From NCBI GenBank assembly GCA_030141605.1, contig JAQGDQ010000116.1, forward strand, positions 124,001 through 188,000: a stretch of DNA of 64,000 nt, in the 5' to 3' direction. This DNA is from Tubiluchus corallicola (Eukaryota; Animalia; Priapulida). This document shows positions 26,760 through 41,057 of the stretch, piece by piece. Made by a program: the position numbers and the translations under genes. Every line of letters begins with the position of its first letter. Position 1 is the stretch's first letter. The notes beneath the pieces were generated by a model. That model ran no database searches. It was not told the origin of the DNA and saw only the letters and a program-made list of their open reading frames with translations.

Positions 26760-28380
26760 TACGAAACTCACATGTCTAACCGAAGAGGAATTTTCGTTAC
26801 AAACATTGTTAGTAAGATTTTTGAAAGAATAATCAAAAACAGAATCAGAGATACATTTGAGAATAAGTCAGAGAAATACCAATGTGGAAGAATAAGAAAC
26901 GGGAGTGCAGTAGATGACATATTAACAGCAAAACATATAATCAATTTTGTTTTGCGATATTGAAAAATGTTTTACTAGTGTGTGGCTGAAGGATTCTCTT
27001 GTTGAGATGTGGAGAATTGGAGCTCCTGCTTATATAGCAAATATCATATTCAGAATGAATGAATGGGTTTATGTAATAACAGAGACACCTGTAGGCCTAA
27101 CAGAAGAAGTGCATTTGAGTGAATTAGTGAGACGGTACTGTTCTTGGCCAAATGTTGTGTTGTGCAGCAATCAATGGTTTTATGAAAACACAAACAGCAA
27201 ACAAACTTGTAAAGGATGGACCGATATGAGGCGATATGAATGGATTGAACTAGCAAGAATTCAAGCATATTCTTTAAGGAGAATGTTAATGACTCTACTT
27301 CTTAAAGGGGGATGTTAATCGGATTAGGAATATGGCCATTGTAGCAAAAGGTAGATTACAAAAAATTAATATACTTAATGATTCCATCAACTAAAACAAG
27401 ATTAGTAATGAACATATTGCATATCCATTTAAACAAAGTTGGTTTCAACAAGTGATAGAGGTTGCAAATTAGTATGACATAGAAACTGAAATAGAAAAAG
27501 TGAAGGAATGACAAAGTCAAGGTGGAGGAGAGAAATTAAGATCAAGATAGAAATGCACTGCAAGTAAAATGAGATTACTCGAAGTAGTAAACTGACGTTT
27601 TTGAAAAACGATAATTGGGCAGTGGCAGCTTGTAGCTAAGATTAGTGTGGCGCTACTTCAGAAATTTTTTACCATTGTTTTAACATTGTGTGAAATGAAA
27701 CAAACATATAAAAAGAAGATTTATACATAAACTTGATAAATAGCCTAAAGTGTGACAGTTTAAGCTTAATCCATTATTTTAAAAACAAAATCCATTCTTT
27801 TTGTTTTACTTTGCATGAAAAGATTAATAATAAATCAAAAAGAAACAGTACATTACACTTGCACAGCAGGGTCGACACTGTACCTAGCGTGCCGTGTCTT
27901 ATCTCAGACATGTGCACACGGCCATGCGCACAACAGCCAAACACCGTGTTGCTGGAGCTGTTAGGTTGTGCTGGAGCTGTGAAGCACATGGTTCCGTGCT
28001 TTGATTCCATTGCAAATATGTACACGTATAAAAAATAAAGAAAAAAGACTCATTATGTTGAATATTATCAATAATATCGAGTGAAAATAGGGGGTGCTGC
28101 AATTCTACAGTGTCTATACATGAGTAGTCAATGATTGGGGATGTAAAGAATCTGTTAAAAGACAAAAGAAACCAGTGAAATTATGAAAATTAGGCTGACC
28201 ATAACAAAAATTAAGTGCAGTTACAAGAACTTTCGTTAAAATGATTTATTGTGTCCTATGTGTAATTCAGAAGAGAATTCAACTGAGCATGTTTGCAACT
28301 GTAAAGAAAACCAAATGTTAATAAAATAAGCACTGAAAATTGGCAAACATTGAAAAGAGTATGTGATCTTATTGGAAACT
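26760..28380 (+). mobile_element. Degraded non-LTR retrotransposon (RT plus C-terminal CCHC finger), interrupted
   Basis: NRRGIFVTNIVSKIFERII, FCDIEKCFTSVWL and ETPVGLTE are RT-like. CPMCNSEENSTEHVCNC near 28250-28300 is a zinc knuckle. Multiple stops and frameshifts. Confidence 0.75.
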
Positions 28381-28519
28381 GTATAAATGTCAAAAAAATG
28401 TTTGATAAACAACTTAAACTGAAAAGTGATGAATAAAATTGTATTTAAAGAAACCCTGCCCCCATGTTCTTACTTGGGGGCTCATCCTTAGGGATGAAGT
28501 AGGTTCTGCGTATTTACAG

Positions 28520-29740
28520 GCATAAGCCCTAGCTTGGGGGATTTATGTTACCAAGAAGCAGGATCAAAGGTCACGGGGTATTAACAGGCTTTCTTCATTT
28601 TTCATTAGGCAGGATCTTCTCTTAGAGGTTTTAGGGTAGAGAGGTAAAGCATGATTTTTGGTATGCAGCTGCTGGCTAGGTGAGGTCGAGGTTTTTATTG
28701 AATGAGTGAGTATGATCGAGCCAGATAGGGGTGAGAAAATTTTTTGCTAGGAGCAAAAACTGAAATTAGGATTGCGGAGACAAATGCTTCCATTGTAAAG
28801 CAACAGTAGCTTGTAGAATACAGATATCAGATGAAAGGTCTAAACGAAACAAATGGAATAGTATGAGTTATGCACAGATTGCCTGACTCCAGACCCCACT
28901 ATAGGGGTAAAAACTGAAACTGGGGTCCATGGAGAGAAATGGTTCCATTGTATATTGTAATATAAAAAAATGAAAGGGTTCATTGAGACAAACTAAATGT
29001 TATAAGAAACTCTCAGATTGGTTGCCCCTTGACCCCGCTAGGGGTGGAAAACTAAAATTGTGTGAGTTGGAAAGACAGATGCTTCCAGTTTTGAAAAACA
29101 AATCTCTCTTGTAATGTACCAATGATGTATCCCAATGAGATGGATTGAATGATATGAGTTACGCTCAGACTGGTTGGCCTATGATTCTGTTAAGAAGTGA
29201 AAACCGAAGTTAGGGGTTGGGGAAACAAATGCTTCCAGTGTTCAGCAATGGTGTCTTGTAATATACCAAATTTAAGGTCTCATCAAGACAACTTGATTGG
29301 TATGAGTTTTGTCTAGATAAGTTGACTGCTGACCATGCTAGGGGGCAAAACGCAAAATTAGGGAGTCGAGGAGATGAATGTTTCCTGTGTCAAGCAACAG
29401 TAGGTTGTAGTATACCAAATGAAATGTCTTAGTGAGTGGTATGTCACACCCACATTAGTCTTGACCTCTAATCCCCAGGTCATGGGTTAAATTTAATGTT
29501 CCAATTTTGTATCTTGTAGTACATCAAATGAAAATGTAGTACATTAGTGAGGCAAATTGAATAGCGTATGTTGACATGTATTTGACTGACCCTTGATCCA
29601 CAGGTCAAAAAGAAAAACTTTCGATTTCTTTCAAGCTATTAATGTCAAGCACCACAAAAGTTGTCACTTAAAGTATCTCCTGTCACAGAAGCAGATTATC
29701 ACAGTTTTGACTGGGTCAAAAATGCTCACTAATTGTACAT
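28520..29740. mobile_element. Element with internal ~140-155 bp tandem repeats and a 3' stem-loop (Helentron/HINE-like)
   Basis: Units start near 28747, 28900, 29038, 29190 and 29338 (CTAGGGG..AAAACTGAAATT...ATGCTTCCA...ATACCAAATGAAAGG). Hairpin TTTTGAC-TGG-GTCAAAA at 29705-29721. The array is seen directly; the superfamily is inferred. Confidence 0.6.
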
Positions 29741-30244
29741 TTTACTAGCTATTATACAATTTGTAATGGAGCTACTATCCCGAAAAGAATTTGCAAGGAT
29801 GACAACACCTGGCAACCACTAACTCCCATACCATTAGGTACTGCAATAAGTGCATTCTTAGTTTCAGGAAGGAAACCACGGTTTTACAAATATGAGACCA
29901 AAGCTATTTGACAAGTGACAGAAAACCATGGAGCATATACAAAAAAATTGAACCTATTTAAGATCAGTATCTATCATTACATGTATTATTATTGTTAAAT
30001 AATGCTTCAACTTGCCTTAAGTTAGCATTTAAAACAGGTTTAGCTAAAATTGTTGTCATGGTGTCAGTGTGATATTCGTCTAGGCAATGGCTCTGCAAAA
30101 GTTCAATGCATTCATTTTTTTGTTGTTTTTTTTATTTAGTCGGTCACTTTAGCAAGTGATAATCACTCACTGATCAATCCATTTTCACGGTTAAAATCTC
30201 GGTGCATTTGCACCGTATAGTTTGTGCTGTTTTCAGATAACAGG

Positions 30245-33199
30245 ATGTCTCTACGGAGATTTTCATGTGAACAAGGCATTTTAACAAGACCCGATGGCTC
30301 TTGTAATTTCCACCAAGGTATGCAACTTTGCATATTTAATACATACCACAATGCAAAATAAATGTATATTTTTAATTAGCTAAATTTTACTTTGGTATAA
30401 CAAAAATCTGTTAGTAACTTATTTTTCAAAAAAAGGGCTGGTTCTTGTTTGGACTGGAAAATATAGTTGAATGCTGGGACTATTTTCATCCGGTAGTGGT
30501 GAGCATCGGAGGTTCCAGTTCGAACGAGTTTTTGAATTCGAATTTGGTTCACACCTAAATTCTATAGATTTGAATAATTCAGTACTTCAATTACATACAT
30601 TCTTTATCATTAAAACATCTTAAAATCAGCACAATTTAGCTGCAATTATTGTGAAAAATTTCCATGCATGATTGTTAATGTTTTTAGTGCAAAAAAATCT
30701 AGTATTATGCATGATCTTTCTTGTGCTGCTTTTTCTTAATGATTTGAAAATCTTTAAAATTCAATTCTACCGGAATTTGCTTTCTGGCAGAGAATGCTTA
30801 CCCCTGACGTCAAAACTGTCCATTACTTTGCTTTTAGTAACCTATCTTTGTTTTTTTGTCATTGTGCAATTTTCACACACAAGTTGGTTTGTCAAACTGT
30901 GCTTTTAGACCTACCAGTGTGTAATACATGCCTGCTATTATGATAATGTGGGTATAATACTAATTGTGATATTTGGAAAACTGGTAATGTATTAATGTTG
31001 ATATTGAAATGAAGTGTTAAACTTGAGCTTCAGACTTAAAATAGTTTCTGCCTAATAGTTTTACGCTGCACTAGCTAACATTCTCTGTTCTAAATGAGTT
31101 TGGTTTAAATATTATAGGTGACACTTCAGTCTTGGCAGCTGTGTATGGTCCTGGTGATGTAAAAGCAACAAAGGAAAAGATTGAAAAGGCATGTGTTGAA
31201 GTTGTATATAAACCCAAGACTGGTTTGCCTGGTAAATATTTACACTTCAGTCAACGTAGTTCAGTAAGTTAGATCAATCTGCTTAGAATTATCGTTAGAT
31301 GCTTTAGCTGAATGTAAAATGAAATTAGTGCCTCCATATGTCTGGTTAATGCGAAATCCATGAAAATGTGATAAATTAGAGTGTGTGTAATTAAGCAGTT
31401 TACTAAAAGTAAATTGCGACACTTGAAGAATAAATGTTATTATAAATCGCTAGCTAATTTAAAATGTGACACAATTTTCTGTTTCTAGGTTGCAGTGAAA
31501 AATTTAAGGAGAGACTCATACGCAATGTGTGTGAGTCAGTAATACTGACTGCAGTTCATCCTCGAACTGCTATAACAATCGTTTTACAGGAAGAACAAAA
31601 CATGGGCTCTGTATCCTTTAAATGTAATGTTAAGACTGTGATTCATTAAATGAAATACTGGATTTTATACATTTCAAAACGATATAAACACTTGATATAT
31701 TAGGTATGCATGTTACGGCATATGAACAGCACCTGCTTAATTATAAATTTAACATACATGGGTAATGGTGGTTTTGATAAACTTTATGTAAGTCGGGTTG
31801 GTCTAATACATGCATACTATGTATTATAGCTTCTGACGATTATAAGTCAAACTCGAAAGCAAGGTAGGTATAAAATTAGATTAAACTGGTATTGATCACA
31901 TCAGTGCATACAGCGAACGGCCTTACTACATAGGGCAGGGACTACTTTTCTAACCATGACGTATTACTGCGCATTGAATTAAATAATACCTTGACGCCAT
32001 GCAATAGTACATTAATGAGAAAACTGCTAAAAATATAAGTAAAACATTTGTCATCTCTCTCTCTCTCGAACTCAATATATATATATAGTTTATTGACAAA
32101 TTCAGCATTTTCTACACCCAAGTAAAATAGCAAAACATAACATAACATGAAAAAACAATTTGTCCTTTTACAAGCGAGATGCATCGTTACATGAAATATA
32201 ATTTTAGTGTGATATTAATTGCAATAGTGAATATTTACATGTGTTTGAAAATTAATCAAAGATAATTATGTACACACACTTTATCAAGTTTATACAAATA
32301 TTTGGCTTTGTTTACAGTAAGTTGTGTCATAAAAGAGCTGATGTTCAACATAGTCAGCATATTTAGTTTCAGGACATTCTTAGATCGCGTGAGTAAGGGT
32401 TTGAACGACATTCACATCACAAAACTGACACATTCTATTTTCCCATCTGGTCCTGCTCCACCTGCCAGTCTCAATTCGTAGGTGGTGATTTCCTACTCTG
32501 AATCTTGAAATGATTATCCTGTAATGTTCGGTAAGAATGCTGTTACACTGTTTAGAGTCTGGGTCATTTCTGAAGTCAATAAGTCATTGGCAGACATTAT
32601 CTATATATTTGTTATCAAAATAAGCCTTCATTTTGCTGCCAGTATTGAAAATAATAACAATCATGACCTTGACAAAAACTCTTAAGATGTTGTCCTGCTG
32701 CATAAATGCAAGTTGCGTGGCCTTACTGGATGCAGGAGTCAACATTAGATGCATGGTGGCTGCAGTTACAGTAGCTATTGACAAGAATGGAGAACTTATA
32801 ATAGATCCAACTCTCCAGCAAGAACAGGTTAAACATTTTAAAGTTCTGTAATGCTGAGGAATGGACCTGTATGTAATTATTTTCTGTTTGTTGGGCAAGT
32901 AGTCAAATCATTTTATAATACATGTAGCTTTTTGTTTGACAAGACTGAGCATGTATTATGTGTCTTGTACCAGTTATAGATAACACATGAATATTTTTCA
33001 GGCTGCATCGTCCGTGGTAACGTGTTCATTTGAGAGTAACCACAAAGCATTATTGTCAACGAATTTGTCTGGACAGGCAATAACACCAGAGCAGTGTCAG
33101 GCTTGCATTTTAGTTGCACAGACGTCAGCAGAAAATGTTTTTCAATTCTATAGAGACTGTGTCACAAAAAAGTTATCTAATAGCAATCATGGCTTGTGA
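30245..33199 (+). CDS. EXOSC5: Exosome component Rrp46, 5 exons, 215 aa
   Basis: Exons 30245-30317, 31118-31231, 31489-31610, 32687-32827, 33002-33199; phases consistent. [74 protein letters not shown] (RNase PH fold). Confidence 0.95.
31611..32686 (+). other. U12-type (minor spliceosome) GT-AG intron in EXOSC5
   Basis: 5' splice site GTATCCTTT; branch site CCTTGAC at 32667-32673, 14 nt before the AG; no polypyrimidine tract. Confidence 0.92.
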
Positions 33200-33819
33200 C
33201 ACGACTGGTGGTGTGCAGGCTTTTCTCATTAAAAATTCTTATGAATTCTCTGAGTTGTTTCACAACAAATACCACTTCATCTGTGTAAATCTAATTGATG
33301 CAATTTTATCCCAGCTGATATGATTTTATAATGCTGAGACATCCTTCATATGGTTTGACAATACAGTGTTAGCATTTTTTCCAACATTGTGATGTTGAAT
33401 CTACTGGTTGGAAATGCATGAACAGCTATGTTAACAATGGAGACTATGCCAAGGTGCCAAGGATGAATTTATTTTTTGAAATAACTATTAACCAAACGAG
33501 AAAGCTTGTTGATTGAAATTATTGCTCCAATAAATGCAAAAGTCAATGCTATATTTATTAAGCCTGATTACAAAGTCAATACTATATTTATTAATTCATA
33601 ATAAATATTTTAGTTCCTACAGTCGTTCTTATGGTGTTATTGCTGCAATCACATTTTCATAAAAATGAACAAACTAAAAACTTGCTGATGGTGCAAGGTT
33701 AAAAAGTCAACATTCAAATATTTTCATGACTAAGCAGCTTAATTTATGTAACAAAAAATATGCTATGCACAAAGTAGCAAACTACACTATAAATTTCCTA
33801 ATTAAGTCACTAGTTTAGG

Positions 33820-36800
33820 TCAAGAAATCTTCTTTTCTGTGAGTTGGTAACTGTGCTTTGCACCATTAAATAAAACCATCTGGATCCCAGAATAAACTTC
33901 CTGTAAGCAGTAAAATCTTGGCCAGACATTCTGTCGAAAAAATATTTCCATATGTAAACATATAATTACATCTAGTTCTTATATGTGCTAAGAGCACATC
34001 ATTGGAATGTGAAACTTTTTAAAACTTGTAGTCTGGCCATTATTAACACCATTATAAAAAAAGTGCTGACAAAGGTATGTTAAGTTTAGATTAACTTAGC
34101 AAGGTCCAAAGTAGTATGTAAGTTAGTTACAACAGTCCAGCTTTTTGTAACTCAAAAATATTTTTACAGTTTTGCACTATGTTCAGCATTCAGTTAACAT
34201 AGCTGTAGTGGTTTTAGGAGGAGAAGAATCTATCTCTGTCACCCATCAATTTACTGACCAGATGCGGCATCGCTTAACTTCGGTCACATTTCATTTATCC
34301 AAAAAGTCTACAAGCCAAGTAGCCTACTTGCTTGCTACTGCCTACAAGTATTAATATATACAGAAAGGCAAAACGTGAGATTTTACATGTCCAAAACCTG
34401 GAACTTACAAAAATACCACAATGCTTATAAAGCAAAAGACTTGCTGTACCCACCTGGAACAATGGCAAAAGTCCACCTTGCTGAATTTTGTTGTCATCTT
34501 TAAGGAGTATTACCAGGTAGAAAATGACTCTGTGCTGAAATGCAACATAACATATGCAAGCTGAGTTCTTTTGTTCATTGCACATTGGAAACTTCTTAGC
34601 TATGCAGTAATAAGGCAGAAACTTTTTAAAAAGGGTTTTCCCATTCAAGAAAATTGGACCAAATTAAATGAAGTAAGCATTAGTGCTGTGAGGCTAATTG
34701 ATAAAAACTCTTAATCTACTGAGCGCTTTTGTTGTAAGTCGATTAACTGACGGTGATAATTAACTGTTTACCCGACTAAAGTTATATCCTCCCTGGACGA
34801 TTTTAAATCGTTTGTTAGTCTGGTGCTGAATGCTGGATGTATTGCATGAATTACAATATGGCACAATTATTCGTAATGGGCTTGGTGAGTAGCGACTCCC
34901 CCTCATGTAGTGCAGTAGGCCTACTTCATTACTATCATTACTAGCTCATGTCATATATACATACATACATATTACAATACACCTGAGTTACTGTTTGCAG
35001 GTTTTATAAAAAAGCTAGATGGAGCTGTTAATAAGAAATACTAAACATATTTATTCAATCAACAGTTTTTAGGATCGCTAAGTGTTAAAATAACTTGATA
35101 AGCCATTTGATTTTTATTTATTACTTGTGTAATGTGTAGGCTATTGTTTGCATTGTACTCACCAGACAAGCAAAAACATATCAGCACTTTAGGTTTAAAA
35201 GTTGCTTGCGCAATTTTCTGGTTCACATTTGTCAGTTCACAACTTTATATGCAAACAAGGTAACTAGCCTACTGGCTTTTACAGATTAAACACCTTGCAC
35301 TTTCAACTGTTTTGGTTGCTAGCAGTGCCTTGTCAAGTCAACTACTGCTCACTGCGCTGATAGAGAGGTAACTACAGTACATGATGCACTTGCAACTTTA
35401 ATAATGTCAAATTGTTTTCATCAGCATGCAGTCAAGTGCATGCTAATTTGCTAAATATCACTGAATTAGATTATCACGATACAAGTGCACTTATACTAAA
35501 AGATATCATGATGTATCATTACAGGTACACTCATTATTGTATTTTAGTGCTACAGAAACAATTAGTATTGAGACAAAAATATTTTGATCGAACAGGATGA
35601 CAGCAATGAAATAAAAATAGTGACATAGGCAGGAGGTATAAGGCATGAGTGAAGTAATAATTCTATGATTTTAGGATTGTGGTGACTTGCGATAGCTTGA
35701 ACTTGTGTACCATTTTAGATGCCATATATCTTTTTAACTTTTGAATGCTATACTATTTTCTAGTTGGCCCAATGTAGATCAGGCACTACCAGACCGCAGT
35801 TGACAATTTCATTTTGGAAAGTATACATTTGGAGGCTAGAGATGATTTATTTTACACTAATGACAGTTAGACTTTTTGTTTTGCTTTAAAAGTGCCAATA
35901 AAATCGAATACAGTTAATTGAATAAGTTTAACAAGAGTGTTCAACTTAGAAAAATGCCTAACATCTTTAGTAAACATTTAAACATGAACTTACCATTGTT
36001 ATACCTTCGTTGATGACAATATCATTGATATACTTTATGTCGACAAATTGAGATTGTTTTCTACCAGATGCGAATGTCGTCGTTAACTGAACTCCCAAAG
36101 AAGCAATGACTAAAAGAGATTCTATTAAAAACAAGAAAGGGAATTTTAAAATACGTCTCAAAAACTTTCCATACAAATTTACATTACGCATGTCGTGCTT
36201 GAAAGACGTAACAGAAAATTCTTAATTTAGAATGTTTGTGCCAGCTGGTAAAATGTCAAATATATCACTGTTTCACTATCCCAGTGTGTAACAAAAAAAG
36301 TTACCTTGTTATCAAAAAATATATTACATATTAGTCTTATGACAAGATAAACTAATATATTTTTGCTTAGTGAATATAGATCTTGTGGTACTTAACAGTA
36401 ACCTTCATCGATAAATTAATACGAAGTGCAATTTTGCAAATTTGGGGCGACTGTCATATTTGGAGCAGTAACAAAGCTCGCAAAGGCTGAGATTCAAAAA
36501 AGATTCTCTGACTGTAAGAAAAAGGTTATGCATGCTATTCAGTTCTGTGCATTTACACCTGTCCTCAAAATAAATGCAAAAGTGGATAAAAATCATTTTA
36601 TAGGACAACATGGCACTATCAAATACCAAATACCTTTAGTAACTTTTCTGTGAAGTTTGAATCCTAATCCAATTATGAGCACGAAGAGCACCAAAAATAA
36701 GATTTTCGTATCCTAGATGGAGAAATCAGATTACATCAATTTTACACAAAAAAAAGAACATGCAATGCAATGAGTCCAACTGAAGCGTATTTGAACAAAT

Positions 36801-37132
36801 ACAATTATATTTATACAGACTACCACACACCATCATGCCAGATAATTCTAATATAAAGCAATATGAACTTTGACTGCTGTTTGTTAGTTTTTACGAACAT
36901 GTTAATAACCATTAGTTAAACACAGATGCATAATGCAGTTTTAAATTGTTTTAAAGTGTACTACCTGAGATTGCAGCTCCAACAAGAAACCAATAACAGA
37001 GAGAATAGTCGTCTTAACCAACCACCATGTCACGTTGAAACCTGGACTCTCCAAGATAAATTCCTTGCAAAGTTTATGATGAGATACAGAATGGAATGTA
37101 AATTTCAATCCATTTATGTTTGTCATTTCCAT
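33820..37132 (-). CDS. PIGH: GPI-GlcNAc transferase subunit H, 5 exons, 188 aa
   Basis: Exons 37132-36965, 36712-36634, 36121-35994, 34534-34454, 33930-33820. ESLLVIASLGVQLTTTFASG, DIVINEGITM-HRVIFYL, LLPLFQ, PRFYCLQEVY. Confidence 0.93.
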
Positions 37133-37588
37133 GGCAATCTTACAAAATACTGAGCATTTGAAACACTGATCAAAATTATCTGTTATTGGCAGATGCACAA
37201 ATAAATTTTGCTATAAGTTGTTGTGAAAAAACTACCAATGAGTGCCTTTTTTAAATTGTCATTTTAGGAAAACTCAAAAGCTATTACCAACTCAAAATAT
37301 ATTGCTATCATCACGATATATGAAGTAATGTGGCATTTTAATGAGTGTCTTAAAAGACACTACCAACAAGCAGGTAACTTAACCTTTGACTCTTCATCAC
37401 ATCTGATAAATCCTGTAAATATACATAGAAGAATTATATTAAATTGACTTGCATCAGCTACTAAATTAAATTTTATAATATACAGAGTACCAAAGTGATA
37501 ATTAGGATGCTACTATTTGCCAACATGAATTACAAATATTATCACTGATTTTAATGTATATACGACATTACCATACGTAATGAGGATA

Positions 37589-38522
37589 CAGAAACGCCGC
37601 TTTAATAGACTCGCTTTGGGACCGATGTGTTTTGACCCAATTAACCGACAGGGGGGTGTAGTATTACTGATATAAAGTATGAGTCACCAGCTTAGTATGC
37701 ACTGCAAAGGTTTTTGATGAATTTTAGAAACGAAGTAATGCCTAAATTCCTTTGCGCAGTTAACAATTAACAAAAATACTTAAATTAAAAAGTATACTTC
37801 TAAATCACACAAGTCTGTTTACAGAAATTACAGAAATTCCTTCAAAGTTAGCTGCTTCATTTTCTTGCAAAGAAGTTGGCTCACAAAGTTCTCATAATTA
37901 CAAAAACGCAGAAAATCTATCGCTGTGTGATGCACGTATTCTCGTAAAGCATTTAGCACTTGGCGTGCTTGAGCTGCAGTTGGTAGTGCCCTTGTTTCCT
38001 TGTAAGTGGTTTCGTCATCCTCTGTAAGTTTGTCTTAACTATCCCATGACAGTGTCGTCATCAGTTATCTGGTATGTGGCCTGAATGAAGAGCTTCAAAT
38101 CGAAATCGCTAGACAAGTGATTAAATGTTTAACTTCCAGAAATTCTTTGGGTAACGAGGTAAATTTCAGTGGACGAGCAGGTAACAGATTCAAAGCAGAA
38201 CCGCTAGGCTAACGTATTAGCGCATAGTAAACATACCTGTTTGCAAACAAAACGGTATTTAATATGGCTGTTTCTACATATGTTATAGTACATAAGAGCG
38301 AAGTAAGGATGACATAAAAGTAGGAAAGGTATTTGATCACATGCAAATGTCTTATTTTAAGTACCTGAAGGAAAAATATTGAGTCAATTATGCAGAATTA
38401 TTTGAGTTTATTACCGACAGTTTTTATGTACATTTGAATAGGAGGGGCCCATATCAGGCGTTTTTTTAATCAATTAAGCGATCGAGTCTATTAATCGTGA
38501 GTCTAATAAACGGTACCTACTG
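37589..38522 (-). mobile_element. Tigger/pogo internal-deletion derivative with transposase C-terminal remnant
   Basis: TA-CAG...CTG-TA ends with TAATAGACTC/GAGTCTATTA subterminal motifs. The minus strand encodes EDDETT..LPTAAQARQVLNALREY...KKMKQLTLKEF, a Tigger-type C-terminus. Confidence 0.8.
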
Positions 38523-38679
38523 TATTACAAAACATGTACACCATGATTAGGACAATTTCATGCTTAAACTGACAGCTAGCTATAGTATATCTCACTGAGA
38601 ATGTCAATGGTGTGTATGGCAATTATAGACTAGTATAAGCTAACCATGCATGGGAATTAGGAAGGTTCTTAAAGGAAGA

Positions 38680-39290
38680 CAGGATAATTTTTCATATATT
38701 TCCCCACTTCAAGTCTGACAAAAACTATACATTTTAACACAATTAATACTGCAAAAGTGTTTCTGTTAATTAAATAAAAAATTAAGATTTTAATTAACGG
38801 CAGGCAAGCCCAACTATTGATGACATTACAAACTAATATAATTTTTAACAGCAAAAATATTCCAAGAGGATGTTGCACGTATTTGTGAAAGCGTAAACTT
38901 AAGTACAGTGGTACTGTCAGATAGTCAGTGTGTTGTACTAAAACTAGGCAAGCTTCAAGATAAAAATTCAAGTTTCAAATTTACCGCTGTGTTCATGCAT
39001 AAGCTATTGAACGTGTGCAGTTAGTCATAAACTAACACATCTGAACTGAGAGGTACAGCACCTGTTTTTGTGCAATGCATTTCCAAAATAATGGCGCTAG
39101 TGCCAGTCTAACCAGTGAATGGCGAAATGCATGTAACACTGAAGAACAAGTGGCGCGAATGCAAAATTGTATTTGAGTGGTAATAATTTTTTCACACAAG
39201 TCATTTTTGATAAATAAGTTTAGTAAAGTAGTATGGGATTCCTTTCAATGCCTTAAAGAGTAGATTGTTTTGACCTACTGTTTAAGATTG
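38680..39290. repeat. Interspersed repeat, copy 2 (uninterrupted, inverted relative to 16240-17720)
   Basis: Contains the empty sites for both MITEs seen in copy 1. Confidence 0.8.
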
Positions 39291-39799
39291 GGGCAAGTTT
39301 TGCTTTGGTGGTATTTTTTGCAACAACTCTTGATGCAATAAATAAACAATATGATGTCACACAGCACTTGAATATATGGAATGCTGCACATGATGGCAGA
39401 TAAAAAGTGAATTTTTTTAGTTAAATAAAATATTTTTTGTTTTCTTTGTCAAACAAACATTAAAAAAATAGTTTTCACTTTAATTTTTGAACAGTAAAAT
39501 AATACAAGAAAGTATAGTGATTAAGTGTAAAAAATATAGGTTATTGTAGATTTTTTTGGTAGCCAAGTATACAGTGCTTGTGCTACACTAAAGGCTACAA
39601 TGGGTGGGAATATAAAAAGTTAAATCTTCTAACAGATCTAACTTGATAATAACCTTGCTGAAATAACCTCAAACGCACCTTAATACACCATCACCAGGAA
39701 AAATAGACAAGTACATGAAAAATATTGCAATTGTAACAAAACAAAATAAGTTTTCAGTAAAAAACAAAATAAAATGGATTTTATAGCTCTGTTCAGTAC

Positions 39800-40570
39800 A
39801 CATTCAAGAATGATCTTTTACCAAATGTAGATGAGGAGACCGACTTAGGACTATTAACCAATAATAACTAAACTTCCGTAGCCACATTACAAGCAAAGCT
39901 AAAAAGGGAAACTTAATCCTCGGTATGATGTCTAAAACCATTATGTCCACCAATGCAAAAGTTACACTTCCAATGCAAAAGTTATACTTCCACTTTACAA
40001 GACACTGGTACGACCACATCTGGAATATCTTAGCCATGTATGGAATTCACACTTTATCAAAGATATGAATCTACTTGAAAGAGTATGAAAGCATGCAGTC
40101 AACATGGTTGAAGGACTCAAGAGCTTAAAGTATGATCAGAAACTAAGAAACCTGCAACTCTACAGCCTTTCCACGAGAAGGCATAGAGGCAAACTCATAG
40201 AAATGTAGAAAGTCTTCCATGGAGTTACAGACGTACCAGCAGCACCAGAGGACACAGTTATAAGCATTATCAGAAAAGAGCCAACACTGACAGATATTGA
40301 CTTAATTTTTCCAATGCTGAGATTCATCTTTGGAACTCGTTACAGGAACATATAGTTACTGCTGCAAATGCGACATACTTCAAAAATAACGTTGACAATC
40401 ACCTCTGCACAAGAAATCTCCTACTTTCTGTACAAGAAAAGAGCAAAGCTGGATTTAGGAAAATGTTTTTTCAGTCATAGGATAATTGATTTGTGGATTG
40501 GTTTACCTTAAAAGGCTATCGAAGCAGTTACAGTTAACAAATTTAAAGGGGCCATCCAAAAGTATGTTAA
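39800..40570 (+). mobile_element. Two tandem CR1-clade LINE 3' fragments
   Basis: LYKTLVRPHLEYLSHVW...LLERV*KHA...LSTRRHRGKLIE...RGHSYK...LWNSL, followed by a second tail LYKKRAKLDLGKCFFSHRIIDLW. Confidence 0.85.
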
Positions 40571-41057
40571 TGCCACTGAAGAACGAAATATAGATTGGAT
40601 TCATGAGAAACATGTCTGCAAACATTCAGTTTTTCTACAGTTTGATACTAGTACCCTTAGTTATAGATGCCTCGTTTTTACTCTATGTATGTGTATATAA
40701 ACTTATATACTTTTGTTATAGTGAATACATATAATGTACAAATCATTACAATCTTTGTAGTTAAAGTGCAAACGCTGCAAAAGTTTTGTTTAGAGATTGA
40801 GTGTATGATATAACCCAGTTTTGGGTTCCCTACTCAATGGCTACCAAAATTAGTCTCAAAAGTATCCAAAACAATGGGGATAGCTGCAAAGGTGAGGAAC
40901 ATAACATACTACCGCATCTATACCAAGAATGTACGCAGCTCTGTAAAGTAAGTTACACAGCAGCTCGTTTGCCATAGGCGTTTATTATCATGAGAGCCAA
41001 GGACTCAATAGATAGCGTCCTCACCAACTGGCGAGTTCTGATGAGTTTAGCTGTTGG

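Noticed and set aside
28740-29600. Regularly spaced repeats as a CRISPR array
   Set aside because: Whole units are diverged copies of each other with no unique spacers, no cas genes and a eukaryotic context.
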